A stretch of DNA of 63,854 nucleotides, counting the filler, from Reticulomyxa filosa (Eukaryota; Protista; Foraminifera), in the NCBI GenBank assembly GCA_000512085.1. It is 22 parts of 22 records of this genome, joined end to end, with 100 filler letters (N's around TTAATTAATTAA, not from the genome) between each part and the next. Parts side by side here need not be neighbours in the genome. Positions count along the whole stretch, not along the records: positions 1 to 1,314 come from ASPP01000037.1; positions 1,415 to 3,612 come from ASPP01033733.1; positions 3,713 to 4,720 come from ASPP01002560.1; positions 4,821 to 10,318 come from ASPP01011214.1; positions 10,419 to 11,456 come from ASPP01039750.1; positions 11,557 to 12,670 come from ASPP01029156.1; positions 12,771 to 14,633 come from ASPP01006517.1; 15 more parts are not named here. One strand, 5' to 3'. The stretch's first letter is position 1. Every line of letters begins with the position of its first letter. The translations under genes were made by a program, and so were the position numbers. Shown piece by piece: positions 1-12,855 of this stretch. The notes beneath the pieces are model-generated. The model was not told the DNA's origin. It did no database searches and saw nothing but the letters and a program-made list of their open reading frames with translations.

Positions 1-122
1 AAAATCGTTGTTAATAATCGAAGATTAACTTGAACTTAGATGTTGCAGTATCCAGTTGTTCTGTGTTTTCCTTCCTTCAAAATACAACTTTTTTTCAAAA
101 GTTTATATATGATGAAGGATTA

Positions 123-1313
123 TTTTTTTTTTTTTTCGGAGCAGTAGGCTTCTCGCGTGTTTTTGGTACAGAGCCCGAAAACATTTGTTAATGAGATACC
201 GAGCCGCGATTAAAGGATGTATTTTGGCATTTTTGCCACTCCCTCCCCTGTTGACTTTTTAGTTAGCCAATGATGATGGGATATGAATTTTTTTTTACAT
301 ATTGTAATACTTAGTACTGTATTCAAGCATGAGGTGCTTGTTTTGCGGTATTTTCTTTCTGTGAATTCAACTTATGGACTTGTCTTGCAGAAGCAATCTT
401 TTTTTGTTTTCTTGCTTTCTTCAATATGTTTTCATCCTCTTATTTGATTGCATCCTTTCGTTTTCAATATTGTCATAATCTGATTTTGATCTTTTCAATA
501 TACAAGATAACAAACGAACAGTCGATTAACAAGAAAGAATTACGAACAAAATTTAATAATAAGTGTTTAATTGCAAAAAAAATAATATAACTTCCTTCAT
601 CATTTTTAACTTGCTGAAAAGTTGTTTTGGAAGGGGATTGAAGTTGGGCAAGTCAAGGTACTCAAGCATCTTTCAAGTTTGTCTTTTTTTAGCAAGAAAA
701 TGAGCAAATATTGAGATTCACCTCTTTTAACAAATTTATCTTGTATATATCTGATCTCGCGCAAAATCGCAATAAGTTTTCATTTAAAGATCAGGGTACG
801 ATAAAAAAGCGATATAAAGTTTTTTTTAAGGAATAGTGACGTCCCCTTGCAAAATTTTTTGCCCGAATATCAAGATTTTTGATAAACAATGACAAAAAAA
901 GACAATCTATTGAAATCAAACCAATTGATCTTGTATATTGAAAAGATCAAAATCAGATTATGACAATATTGAAAACGAAAGGATGCAATCAAATAAGAGG
1001 ATGAAAACATATTGAAGAAAGCAAGAAAACAAAAAAAGATTGCTTCTGCAAGACAAGTCCATAAGTTGAATTCACAGAAAGAAAATACCGCAAAACAAGC
1101 ACCTCATGCTTGAATACAGTACTAAGTATTACAATATGTAAAAAAAAATTCATATCCCATCATCATTGGCTAACTAAAAAGTCAACAGGGGAGGGAGTGG
1201 CAAAAATGCCAAAATACATCCTTTAATCGCGGCTCGGTATCTCATTAACAAATGTTTTCGGGCTCTGTACCAAAAACACGCGAGAAGCCTACTGCTCCGA
1301 AAAAAAAAAAAAA
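123..1313. repeat. 386-bp inverted repeat pair (123-508 / 928-1313) around a 419-bp spacer; each arm ends outward in poly(A)
   Basis: 123-508 is the reverse complement of 928-1313 everywhere I checked, including homopolymer lengths. Parts of this contig recur, diverged, at about 61163-61239 and 62553-62632. Confidence 0.95.
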
Positions 1314-1314
1314 A

Positions 1315-1414
1315 NNNNNNNNNNNNNNNNNNNNNNNNNNNNNNNNNNNNNNNNNNNNTTAATTAATTAANNNNNNNNNNNNNNNNNNNNNNNNNNNNNN
1401 NNNNNNNNNNNNNN
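1315..1414. other. Artificial contig-joining linker (first of 21)
   Basis: N44-TTAATTAATTAA-N44 (stops in all six frames). It recurs at 3613, 4721, 10319, 11457, 12671, 14634, 18139, 25302, 27303, 29173, 31816, 43208, 44345, 49456, 51122, 54575, 57720, 59786, 60959 and 62657. Confidence 0.98.
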
Positions 1415-2416
1415 GCATATTTAATTGCAAGTATTTAACGCTTGCCTCAATTTTTTTATATTTTTTTATCCAATTGTTGTTTCTTTTGATCTTTTTCTTA
1501 AAAAAAATAATTCATGTCCTCCTCCATTCACACTGATATCATCATTATCATCAAATTATATTCATTGCAAAAAATTTCTAAATGTTAATATTTTAAAATC
1601 TAAGCCGAAAACATATAAATAGGTCAATTTGATTCAATTATGTCTTTGAAAAAAAAAATAAATTGATCTCATCAGATAGGTTCAATTCATATGAAGTGCT
1701 CCAAAAGAGTCACGTATAAAGCATCAATTGCCATTTAAATCATTTTTATTTATTTATAAAAAGTGAAATGAAAAATTCAATTACAATTATATAATAAAAA
1801 AAAGAGGACACAAGAAAAGAAAAGTAAATGAATGAATCGTAGTTTAAGCTGAGTATAAAAGCATAGCGTTCACTCTTCCTCGTTTGAATCAGTCCATGAA
1901 AGTGACACACAAAATTAATCAAATACAATATGAAGTGCAAAATACAGCGAGTTTGGATAAAAGTGTGGCTGGGTCGATAGTTTCAATAGCTTTTTTGACG
2001 GTCCCACAAAAAGGAGGGATTCGAATTTGTTACCCTAAAGAAATATTGATCTTTGCTGGATTGCAATTTTGGAGAGTCTCCAAATGTCCCAATGTGCGGA
2101 TTAGAAATCCGTTCGCCAAATTTCAACAAAACAAATCAAAGACAGAAAGCATACCACCGCACCAAAAACCTCCCAAAAAATCCAGTTTGTTGCAACATGT
2201 ACGTAGTTCCCAATTCATAAATTGCAGTACTTGTCATAGCTATGTTGTTTTTAGTTTTTTTTTTTTTTTTTTTTGAAGTGTATGTAGATGTACATTTTTT
2301 TTTTAAATCTGTACATACACATATGTATTTATTGTATGTGTGCATGTTGTTTATTATGTACTTGTTAATGCAAGGCAGTTGATTTGAAAATAGTTAAAAC
2401 CATTTTAATGTTTTCA

Positions 2417-3178
2417 TTATCCTGCGTTTGAATTGACTAAGTGCCTGTGTGTGTGTCTTTGATGCTGTGGGGACACAGTCGATCCTCTATCATCCTGACT
2501 GTCTTCTTGATCTTCAGATAAGAGTTGGTATGTATTCACACCAGCCGCACGCTCAGCAGTAATGGTAGTTTGATATAGCTTGTAGATGTAGACTATAGAC
2601 AATAACCCTCCACATAGAAAGTCGGTATACGCGATCATTTCGACGATGTGAAATGCGATATCAGAGTTTCTCATCACGAGTGGAAAGCAAAACTTGTAAT
2701 TCTTTTGTACTACGTGCGGCTTTATGTCTATTGATACTTCGTAAATCATATCAAATATGAAACCAGTGTGGATGCCAATGAAAAGATTCGATAAAAGTTG
2801 GCCGTATATGCGTCCGACTTATATATTGTCCTTTAAAATATCAACTCCAATCGCGCAATCAGTGCCTGATATTGCGATTTTGCCTGCATGATAGCTTAGC
2901 AATGCCAAAGGGTACATAATGCGACATGTCCACGTGGAGATTGGTACAAATACATTTGTTCATCCAAATGATCCTACTACGCTTCCTAACCAAAAAAACC
3001 ACATTGATGTTAACATTGGCACTGTTATTTTGTAGTTGCGAAAGACTGTTGGCTCTTTCTTGAACTGAGCGATCGTATAAGTTAGAATTATAGACATACA
3101 GGACGCGGACAAAAGCCCCTCCACTGTCAATCCCACGATCATGTTGTCTGTTGTATCTACATGATAGTGCTGAGTCAT
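2417..3178 (-). pseudogene. Multi-pass membrane (GPCR-like 7TM) pseudogene
   Basis: Consecutive hydrophobic helices (MIVGLTVEGLLSASCMSIILTY; TVPMLTSMWFFWLGSVVGSFG*TNVF; CRIMYPLALLSYHAGK; ALIARLELIF*; IAYTDFLCGGLLSIVYIYKLY) are broken by TGA (2960-2962), TAA and frameshifts. Confidence 0.55.
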
Positions 3179-3712
3179 TATGATAAATAAATAATCGCTG
3201 TAAATATACAAAATCCGTTAATTTATCAACAACTGCGAAATTTTGCTTCTTTTGCATTGAGAGCTACAGAAAAAAAAATAAACCCCTCCTTGCGCCTTGT
3301 ATGCTGCACTTAGTTCTTTGCGAATAGTTCAAAAGTTTTTCTTAGCAAATATTTTACTAATTTAAATTAAGTGTATTTTGGTCGCTAAAAATTGAAATCT
3401 TATTTTTTCAAACAAGTTTCAGCTTTTTGTTTCTAAAATCGAAACTATATAACAGAAAACTGTCAAACAAAGTTAATTTTTCTTTCGAATTTGTGTTTTT
3501 TTATTAATGCAGCAGGTTCTCAGAAGTACAAGGTAACTCCAATTAACTTACATGCTTTTTCCCCATCGGACTTAATATTTATATTCAAATTTATCTATTC
3601 TAATCACATACGNNNNNNNNNNNNNNNNNNNNNNNNNNNNNNNNNNNNNNNNNNNNTTAATTAATTAANNNNNNNNNNNNNNNNNNNNNNNNNNNNNNNN
3701 NNNNNNNNNNNN

Positions 3713-3903
3713 TCTGATTTCCAGGGATGGCAAGATCACGTGGGGACGGCGGAAGTCCTCCCAAGCCGGAAAGTCCCAACGACATTGTCACACCGTTGTC
3801 GCATTTCGGCATTCTCTCTTGTTTCGATTGGTCTGCGAAAGATGAGGTTTGAAGCAGATACACTGGTTCCAGTGACGATGCAGACCCTTTTAGTGTGCGT
3901 TCA
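3713..3903 (-). CDS. Hypothetical protein, partial exon truncated at the contig end
   Basis: GC-richer open frame RTLKGSASSLEP...LPPSPRDLAIPGNQ, bordered by an intron-like T-run; divergent from the tubulin gene. Confidence 0.3.
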
Positions 3904-4540
3904 AAAAAATACTCACAAAAAAAAAAAAAAGTGCAACACACTATTTTTTTTCTTTTTTTTTACTCATAAAATTATTTGACAAAATAGGAGCAAGATGTTT
4001 CATACTGCAACCAAGAAAGGAGGTGATGATATGCAAACTGAAGCTGATTTGTTGTCTGAAGCAATTTAATTTTTTTTTATCGGATTATTTACAAATTTTG
4101 TTATTCATATAACTATCCATAAATTTTTTAACTTAACCGAATCTGATATATCTCAAATATTTCAATCTGCAAATACTTTTTTAAAATTTTTGATACGGTA
4201 AATTGAGATTTGCTACCAAGGTGGTATCTTCTAAACAGGGACTACCAAAAGCAAATAACGGCCAAAAAGAAATTTAAGAATCAGTTCATGATGTTACAAA
4301 TGTAATGTTGGCTTTTTTTTAAAGTTTCTCCTTTTTCGTAGTTAATTATTACGTGAAAGAGTATTTGAAAAAGTATTTTTTTGGTGAGTTATATGAAACA
4401 AAACAATAGTACTGTTTAGTCTCAAGCTGGAAGAACCCCCCCTTTAGTTTTTTAAAAGAATTGGAGTTTTTGAGTTCCTTTTTTTTTACTCGTTCGTTTG
4501 GTTTTTTTTAGTGTCCTTTAATTGTTTTTTTACAAATAAA

Positions 4541-4720
4541 ATGAGAGAAGTTCTCACAATTGAAGTCGGCCAAGCCGGCATACAACTAGGAAACTCCATC
4601 TGTGAACAATATTGCGCAGAACACGCAATTGACAACGGTGGCAAAATAAAAGAAAGCACAGGAAAGGAAGACTATCTTAAGGTTTTCTTTGAAGAGACAG
4701 GTAGTGGACAATTTGTTCCT
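4541..4720 (+). CDS. TUBA: Alpha-tubulin, divergent (foraminiferan type-2-like), 5' fragment
   Basis: MREVLTIEVGQAGIQLGNSICEQYCAEHAI...FFEETGSGQFVP matches the alpha-tubulin N-terminus (MRECISIHVGQAG...FFSETGAGKHVP). Confidence 0.9.
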
Positions 4721-4997
4721 NNNNNNNNNNNNNNNNNNNNNNNNNNNNNNNNNNNNNNNNNNNNTTAATTAATTAANNNNNNNNNNNNNNNNNNNNNNNN
4801 NNNNNNNNNNNNNNNNNNNNTTTTTTTTTTTTTTTTTGTGTATAATTTGTTGAATGTTTTATTTTGTAGGAGGGGATGAGCGTATATGAAAATATTCTTT
4901 TGAATAAAACAATAATAAAAAAAAAGTTGAAGTTTATTAATTTGTACAAATTATATGCTCATAAGTACATGTGGATGTATTATGTATACATATATAG

Positions 4998-5823
4998 TTT
5001 GATCATCACTGCCCATGGATAAATGGCTGTGTTGGGTTGAATAATCACAGATACTTTATCAATTTCTTATGGATGAATGGCGTGGCGTTTGCTTATGGAA
5101 CTTATATTTGTGGCAATATCATTTATCGTGTCATCGTTGGTCAAAGATTGTTTCAAAGGACCTTTATCGACAACATCACTGGACAAAAATATCCTGCGTC
5201 GCTCTCTCTTGTCTTTCATGTTAGCTTTTTTTTTTCCCCCCCTCTGTTGCTTGTTCCTTCCATTGGCTTTGATTCTTTTTGTTTGCTTGTTTTAGCATGT
5301 GATGGCCATTCATCAAGTCGTTGGCTTTTTATTCATATCAGCTTCGGTCATGGGCTTTGTCATGTTTTTGTTTTGGGGATGGCACATATACTTAGCAACA
5401 ACCAATATGACCACAAGCGAAAAAGCAAAATATTCACACTTGAAATGTTTCCTCACATTTTTGGAAAAAAACAACTTGACGCTAATCAATCCTCAAAAAG
5501 CCTCGACTGTAACAACTTTGGTGAATGCTGATGGCAATGAGAAGACAGCCAATATGGCCAGTACAACCATATCGTCGTCTACTGATGAAAAAGTACTTGA
5601 CGATACGCCAAAACACATGGATGAAACTCCACTGTCTACATCCAATCCGCCAAATCAACCCGATTCATCCTCGATCCCTCCTTCACAAAAAAAAAGGCCT
5701 CCGTTCCAAAAATACACTGGCGAATGGAAAGATGTCAACATTTATGACAAGGGAGTCATCAACAATGTCATGCAAGTACTTTTCCCTTTTCGAAATTACT
5801 CAAAACTGTATGTACAAAAATAA
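4998..5823 (+). CDS. DHHC palmitoyltransferase (ZDHHC4/Swf1-like), 3' part; exons 4998-5219 and 5296-5823
   Basis: FDHHCPWINGCVGLNNHRYF motif, TM helices, TNMTTSE (TTxE) and NIYDKGVINN (PaCCT-like) motifs; GT-AG intron 5220-5295. Confidence 0.92.
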
Positions 5824-6230
5824 CTCAACGTGCAAATGTCTTTGTTTGTTGTTTGGCGGATTGTAATGAGGATATTTTTAAATTTGGGTTCTATCGAATG
5901 ATAAAACTATTCATCCATGCATTAATTTGCTAAATAATTAACCCTTATTTTGAAAAAATTGTTTCGAAGCGGAACACATTTGTTTTGACTGAAAAGAGAG
6001 AGAAAAAGGTTCGTCAAAGCAACAAATGCGTGTATAAATTAGTAATAAATAAACTGTAGTAATTTTGGGAAATAAAAACTGGAAAGTCAGTTTTTCTTGG
6101 ACTTGATAATGAAACTAACGAGTTAAACAAACACAGCGGAACGGGTCCTGAGAATAAAAAAAAAATTTTGATGTTGTAATCAATGATCTTTTAAAGTACA
6201 AGCAGCTATTGAATATCCAACAAAAAGAAA

Positions 6231-6830
6231 ATGGTGAAAAAAAGTGTGTCATTGTGGCGGGTGTTATGGTGTAGCCTTGGCTGTGTGGCTGGTACTTGTC
6301 ATCGTGAACGCATGTCCATCAAATGACCATTGCATTGAGTGCAGCCAAGTGCAAAACTGTTCGACAGAAGACTGTCTATATGTGTGACGATGCCAGTAAA
6401 CGGACACAACATGGACACACACGACGAGGAGTTGTTAGTGGAGAATGAACTGAAAGAGTTGACGAATGCGACCACACTCAAATATTGCGTAGTGTTCCAC
6501 AACAACACATTAAGAAGCTATCCTTGCGACATTAACACATGGCGCGCTCGAACACAAGCAAGCTGTTTGAGTTTTGTAGGGCTTTATTTCGGTCATGCAT
6601 TTTCGGAAAAGTGTCAGTACGTCTACTCGATCCGCAATTATACGTAACTCAAAGTGATATGATCGCTATCTACGTATACGGATGAAAGGACATCCCTGGA
6701 CAAATGGCATTCATGACCTTTGTCAATGCACTGACGCAGTACATTTTCGAAGTCACTCAAAATAAGTTCAATTACACTTATATCATTTGGGATGGCACAA
6801 ATCAAACAATGCTCTTATAATTTCACTTCA
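6231..6830 (+). pseudogene. Decayed Cys-rich secreted-protein-like sequence
   Basis: Coding-like GC content; signal-like LAVWLVLVIVNACPSNDHCIECSQVQNC followed by stops and frame switches. Confidence 0.3.
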
Positions 6831-7299
6831 CAAGAACCACCCACGACTGGACATGCCTTACTTTGATGGCACTGAGATCACCTCACCTCCTTGCTGACAC
6901 TTTTTTAAAAAAATTTTAAATTAGTTGTGGTCTTATATATGTGTACATGTTCTAGGTGATTAATGATTTTTTGTATGCGTGCATCTTTTTATATTTTTGT
7001 GTACGTTGTTTGAAATATGTTAACTTATTGTTAAGTGCCATTTGTTTATACTTTTTTTTCCGGTGTTTTTTAACCAGTTAGATCACATTAAAGAATAGCC
7101 CATGTCACTTTTTCATTATCTTTAAAAAGAAAAGAATGATATCTTTTTTTTTCTCAAATGATATTCTTCATAATGCACAAATGAACTCTCCAAAGAGGAA
7201 ACACTTGGAGATGATGTGTTTTAGACTGCAGAAATAGAGAGAATGCAAGAAAGGATTGCTTAATTCAATCAACTGTTTCAAAAATATTACTATGCTGCA

Positions 7300-8252
7300 C
7301 AATGATAACAACAAAGCACACAGTGAGAATTACACACAAAAAAAAACAACAGCAAAAGGAATTGGACGAATAACATTGCACAATTTGTATATTCATTTCC
7401 GCGTGATTGTTGCTGCACACTTATTATGAACTCGGAATGCACACAAGCACGCTTTGTAATATAGATTGAATCTAAATGATAACGGCGATGACACAAGCGA
7501 AAGCGTCTTTGGCAGCAGCCAGTGCAATAAGCAAAGAAGAAGAAAGGGGAGATACAGTGACACAATTACGACCCCAAGATTAGGCCATAATATCAACGTT
7601 ATCTCAAGTATCCATGACGAAATAGCGACGAAACGGAGCCAACCAATTGGAAAGCAGTATTCATGGACTTGCTCTGTTCACATTTAATACAATGGTTTGA
7701 TCATTGTATAATGTGGTGAGCTGTCGCTTTGTTTCTGAACATGAATGAATGTAAGGGGAACGGTATTACTTTGACGCGGAATAGTGAGTCGAGTTCGTGT
7801 TTATAATGACAGGATTGTTCGCGCATTTGGTAAAGCGGAGTGGCTCTTGAAAACGCAGGTATTACTACAAGGACGAGATATGATATTGATAGTTTGCACA
7901 TTGTGAGAAAGGCAACCATTGCTTTCTTGACTCGGATGTCACCTTGGAAATATCCACCACATTTGTGTTTGATCCATGTGTAAATGATAATCCCAATATT
8001 GTAGATACACCCGACATTGTTTCCCGAACCAATCTCTTTATACGCTTGTTGAATTGCCACTATTCGTTACCGTTAATATTGTTTACGTGAAAGCATCACA
8101 TTATTATTATTTTTTGGATATCATTTGCACAACAATTTCCTTGTTGTCTTTATGACGCTTCCGCTATCACAAAGACAGCAATATTTGCTTCAGCTTGTCT
8201 TCTCCTTCTTCTTCTTGTGGTTCGATTATCTCCACTTCTTGGACTTAGCATA
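7300..8252 (-). pseudogene. Decayed membrane-protein-like sequence
   Basis: Hydrophobic ORF pieces (7701-8060, 7393-7596) in different frames, separated by stops rather than by clear introns. Confidence 0.3.
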
Positions 8253-10419
8253 TTCTAGTTATTGTAAAAATGAACAACAAATTGTTTAGATAGAAAGACA
8301 AAAATAATCAATGTTTTGTTAACTTCAATCTTCTTTTGAAAATTATTCAAATCAATGTGGCTAATTATCTCCTGCCAATCTCACTTGACTACAATTTAAT
8401 ATTTTCCACCAAATCAACGTCAATTGTGTCTTGGAAATATTTTGATGTATCTTTGGTTTGTCGACATCTGGAGGGGGGGGAGAGGTCACAAATAGCATAA
8501 CCATAAATACATGTAAATGACGACGACTGATATTTGGTTGATTATGTACATTATTGAGTTGGAGTTTATCGAATGAAAGTAATGTATACTGGATCTGAAC
8601 GTTGTTATGTAATTGCAAGCAAATAGCAATCCATTTTCATTTCCATATATGTATATTATATCATCCATAATCACTCATAGTCTTGGTGAAACACATGTCA
8701 AATCATTTTAGTGATTTGTTGTGTTGGCCATCTTCACTCACGTTTTCTCCTTTCTTCCTCAATAATTTGCACTCCTTGAACGATCCATCGCCACTTGTTA
8801 TATTTTTTGATATGACCAATATGTCCACATTTTTTGCTTCTTTTTTCTTCTTTTCTTAATATACTTTTTTTTTTCTTCTTTTTGTCTTTATATTCTTCTT
8901 GTTCTTGTTTTTGTTATTTTCCTCTTTCTCTTTCTTTCATTACAAACCTAAAGTACATTATTCTACAATGAAAAGATCCATGTTTACATTGTTTTGATCA
9001 AGACATACTACGACAACTTAAAATATGATAAAAACAATATATACCTTCAAACAGAGCACATCGTCTTTATCATCCTCGGTATTTACTCGTAACACGGGGT
9101 ACATTTTGATTGGTGATGTAATTTGCGGGTTGCTTCTCGTATGCTAATTGATAATTTGTGAAGCCGATCTGGATTTTTTTGTTTTCTGGACATTGTTAAA
9201 TACATTCGTATTCATATCTTTTCCAGCGAAATGACAAATTTACTTGACGACATTAACAAATTGGAAGCTGCACTAATAAATCGATTAGCCATATTCGATT
9301 TTATTGTTTGTGGCAGCACTATTTAAAAAGAAAAGTTAAGTGGCACTACTATTTGAGGAGCCCATGTTGCTCATAAATAGTGCTGATATTATCGGCTACC
9401 AATGATAAAACGTTCAATCCTTCGATTCAACAATGACACGGTCAGCAATGGAATATGTATACATGCCAGCTGTGCTCAGGACGAAATGTTCATAATCTCT
9501 AACGGCTTAACATTTCTTGTTGTTTGAAATCTATACATATACAAAAATAGCATATCAATTAAAGACAATTGAAAAAAGATTAAAGTAGCCACTTGTTCCC
9601 AATTCACCTCAACTTGTTGTCCTTTCAATTATGCTGGCGTTCCCTTTGATGACGATATTGCAAATGTTGGATTTGGTCTTGCATTGCTTCGATATTATAT
9701 CTTAGAGGCAACTTTCAATTTGAAAAATAAAATATCAATTTTGTGGAATACTTCTTCACGTTCACAGCAACCTATGTTCAACAACGAATATTCAGATGAA
9801 TTTTTATCAATGGAACTTATGGTGCGATATTGTCACTGGTGCTTGTATTATTTTTGACAACGCCGCTTTCAAGAATATCATGTATGTTGAGTATAGTTTT
9901 AGATGATGTCAAAAACATATATTGATTTATTGTATTGTGCCATTGAATATAGTGCATCGCTAATTCTTGCAAATGGTCCAATTTATATATTCACCAATCC
10001 AATAGTATGAACAAATGATTGAATTAGAGTAGACAATCCATATTCAAGTTCTTCTTCAGGAATGATTTGATAGATCTGATATTTGCATTTTGTCTTTGTC
10101 TTTCAGCTCGCCTTGGTTGGTCAATGTCAATTTCTATAATGTTATATTATATTTTTAGATTGGTTTTTTTTAACAAACACAAATAAAAAAAGAATAAAGA
10201 ATAAAACTTAACTTTGTTGTTATCCTCGTATGGGATACACACATTAAAAAAAAATTATAATATACATCTTGTTCTTTTTTTCATTTTATTTTTATTTTCT
10301 TTATTATTATTATCATTANNNNNNNNNNNNNNNNNNNNNNNNNNNNNNNNNNNNNNNNNNNNTTAATTAATTAANNNNNNNNNNNNNNNNNNNNNNNNNN
10401 NNNNNNNNNNNNNNNNNNA

Positions 10420-11456
10420 AAAACCGTAACAATGACGACGACAACAGCAGCAGCAGCAGCAATAACAACAACAACAACAACAGCAACAACGGCAACAACA
10501 GCAACAACAACAAAAGCTCTCAAAGCGACCATTGCAACAACGACAACCACACCCTCGAACACAACAACAGTCTCAACCACCACGACCACAACAATGCCGC
10601 AGCCCGAACCATGGCGACAGTATGTTCCTCGAGAAAACTGCTTGGATGGCAGAGCGCGTGCTCATGCGCGCTATGGACTGCAAAAGAAATTGGGGGAATC
10701 GAGTTTCGCGCGAGTGTATTGCACCAGGCGATACACTCGACCAATTGCACTGAAAGTATACAAAAGAGAGTTCCTTCAAAACACATTCGCATTTGCAAAA
10801 GAAATTGAAATCCTTCGGACAATACACCATCCCAACATCATTAGGTCTTTACTTTTATGCTTTGCTTCTTTCTTTTAAAAAACTTGATTGCAATGGTCAT
10901 TATTCATCAAACTGCATATGTATTATACACATACATACATGTATACATAAAATCCATATTCCCCCCCCCCTCCCTCCAAGAGGGTACATGTTTGCAATAT
11001 ATATATGTATATATATGATTGAACGAACATGAACAAACAAAAATGGGATAGCTACTATGACTGTTGGGTAGATGCAAAATTCTATTACTTGGAAATGGAG
11101 TACTGTCCGGGAGGAAACTTGGAGTCGTTCATTGAACATCAAAGAGGCGGTGTGAATGAGAAAGAGGCTCATCGCGTAGCATTCACTTTGCTGGACGTGC
11201 TGCAGACGTTGCATAAAGCAAACTATTGCCATTGTGCTATCAAGCCCGACAATATTGTGTTAATTCGGGCGAATGATCTTCGAAACCTTCGCGTGATTGA
11301 TTTCGGACACTCGATGAACGTATCGAAATTTGTAATGTATCCCAACGATGTAAGAACAATCGAGACAATGCGTTATTTTGCCCCAGAACGCTTTAAAGCC
11401 CAAATAAGTGGAGAGGACTTAATGAAGGCGGATGTCTGGGCAGTTGGAATTATCCT
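10420..11456 (+). CDS. CAMK-like Ser/Thr kinase-domain protein with Thr/Ala-rich N-terminus, probable pseudokinase, partial; intron 10845-11051
   Basis: LGESSFARV, IALKVY, KEIEILRTIHHPNII|SYYD, LEMEYCPGGNL, HCAIKPDN, VIDFG, YFAPE, DVWAVG. Confidence 0.88.
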
Positions 11457-12102
11457 NNNNNNNNNNNNNNNNNNNNNNNNNNNNNNNNNNNNNNNNNNNN
11501 TTAATTAATTAANNNNNNNNNNNNNNNNNNNNNNNNNNNNNNNNNNNNNNNNNNNNTCGACACAATCCCAATCATCAAACACATCGAAGATTTGATAAAC
11601 GTGCAGATGTCAGTGATCCTAACACTAGCTCATCTTCGTTCACTGTTGAAATTATGCATGATTCAAACACACTTCAAACTTCGAATACACACTCTTAATC
11701 CATTCAATATTTTTTTTTTTTTTGCATATCATTTTTGTCCAGGCATAATTTTTACTTTAAAGGCAGTCTCGTTTGTCTTTAAAAAAAATTTCTTTTTCAT
11801 CCGAGATATTTGAGAAGTGAGTAACAAAAGTAATAGTTCGGTTGAATACTCCTTGCCACCTCATTATTGTAATTCTCGCTCTTTCAACTATCTTCACAAT
11901 CTTTCTTATCAAAAAAAATAAATCTCAATACAAAACATATAGTTTCCCAGGATGCACTAGCAAAATCCTGTTTTTGAAACTATTCTCTTTTCTTTTTATT
12001 AACTTACACAACATTAACATCTTCAAAAAAGAAAGAGTTCACGTGTGAAAAAGCAAAACTCTTTAAAGGGTGTTTTTTTCATTATAGCCTTTTTTCCCGA
12101 AA

Positions 12103-12567
12103 ATGGAAAAACTAGCTTTGGAATATGCGTCAAGACGATATGCTCGTCATTTGTCACAAGAAGAATTTCTAAAAGCGTATAAAATTGAGACAACAGATCA
12201 AGCTCGAGCGCTATTGCGAGACTTGAAAGTTGAAGAAAGGGCACTGAATGAGTTGCTGCACGAGTTAGTGAGTGAATTGGAAAGAGTGGAGACCGAAGAA
12301 AAGTTGTTGCAGTCGATGGTCCAAAGTAAAACTGGCTACAATGCAGACAATACGAACTTTATCGTTAACCCAATGCACTTGGATATGGAGATCGACTTAA
12401 ATATGAACGAGAATAGCAAAGTGGGCATGCCTATTGTAACAAGTATCGCCTCTGAGCAAGAAAAAAAAGACAACAACGAATGTAACAACAAAAGTAAAGA
12501 ACTGGATTTGCTTGACGACTACAGTGGAGATCTTTTGCTTAAAAATATCCTTAGCCAAGTGTTAAAG
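12103..12567 (+). CDS. Hypothetical coiled-coil protein, 5' part
   Basis: ATG-initiated ORF with a heptad-like E/L-rich segment; truncated by an intron and the contig end. Confidence 0.55.
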
Positions 12568-12855
12568 GGTAGTCAAAAACAGAAAAAAACTAAATTTGTA
12601 TTTAACCTTTTGACGTCAAAATTAATAAAACGATTAAATTTTTTCAAAATGTGTACAAAGGTGACTAGTTNNNNNNNNNNNNNNNNNNNNNNNNNNNNNN
12701 NNNNNNNNNNNNNNTTAATTAATTAANNNNNNNNNNNNNNNNNNNNNNNNNNNNNNNNNNNNNNNNNNNNATGTATATGTATTTATGTATGTATATGTAT
12801 TTATGTATGTATATAGTAAGACTTGGATACACATAAAGCGTGATTTATAATTAAC

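Noticed and set aside
2960-2962. TGA readthrough, selenocysteine or an alternative genetic code
   Set aside because: The same gene also has TAA stops and frameshifts, and intact genes end in TGA (34666), TAG (54195) and TAA (5821) normally.
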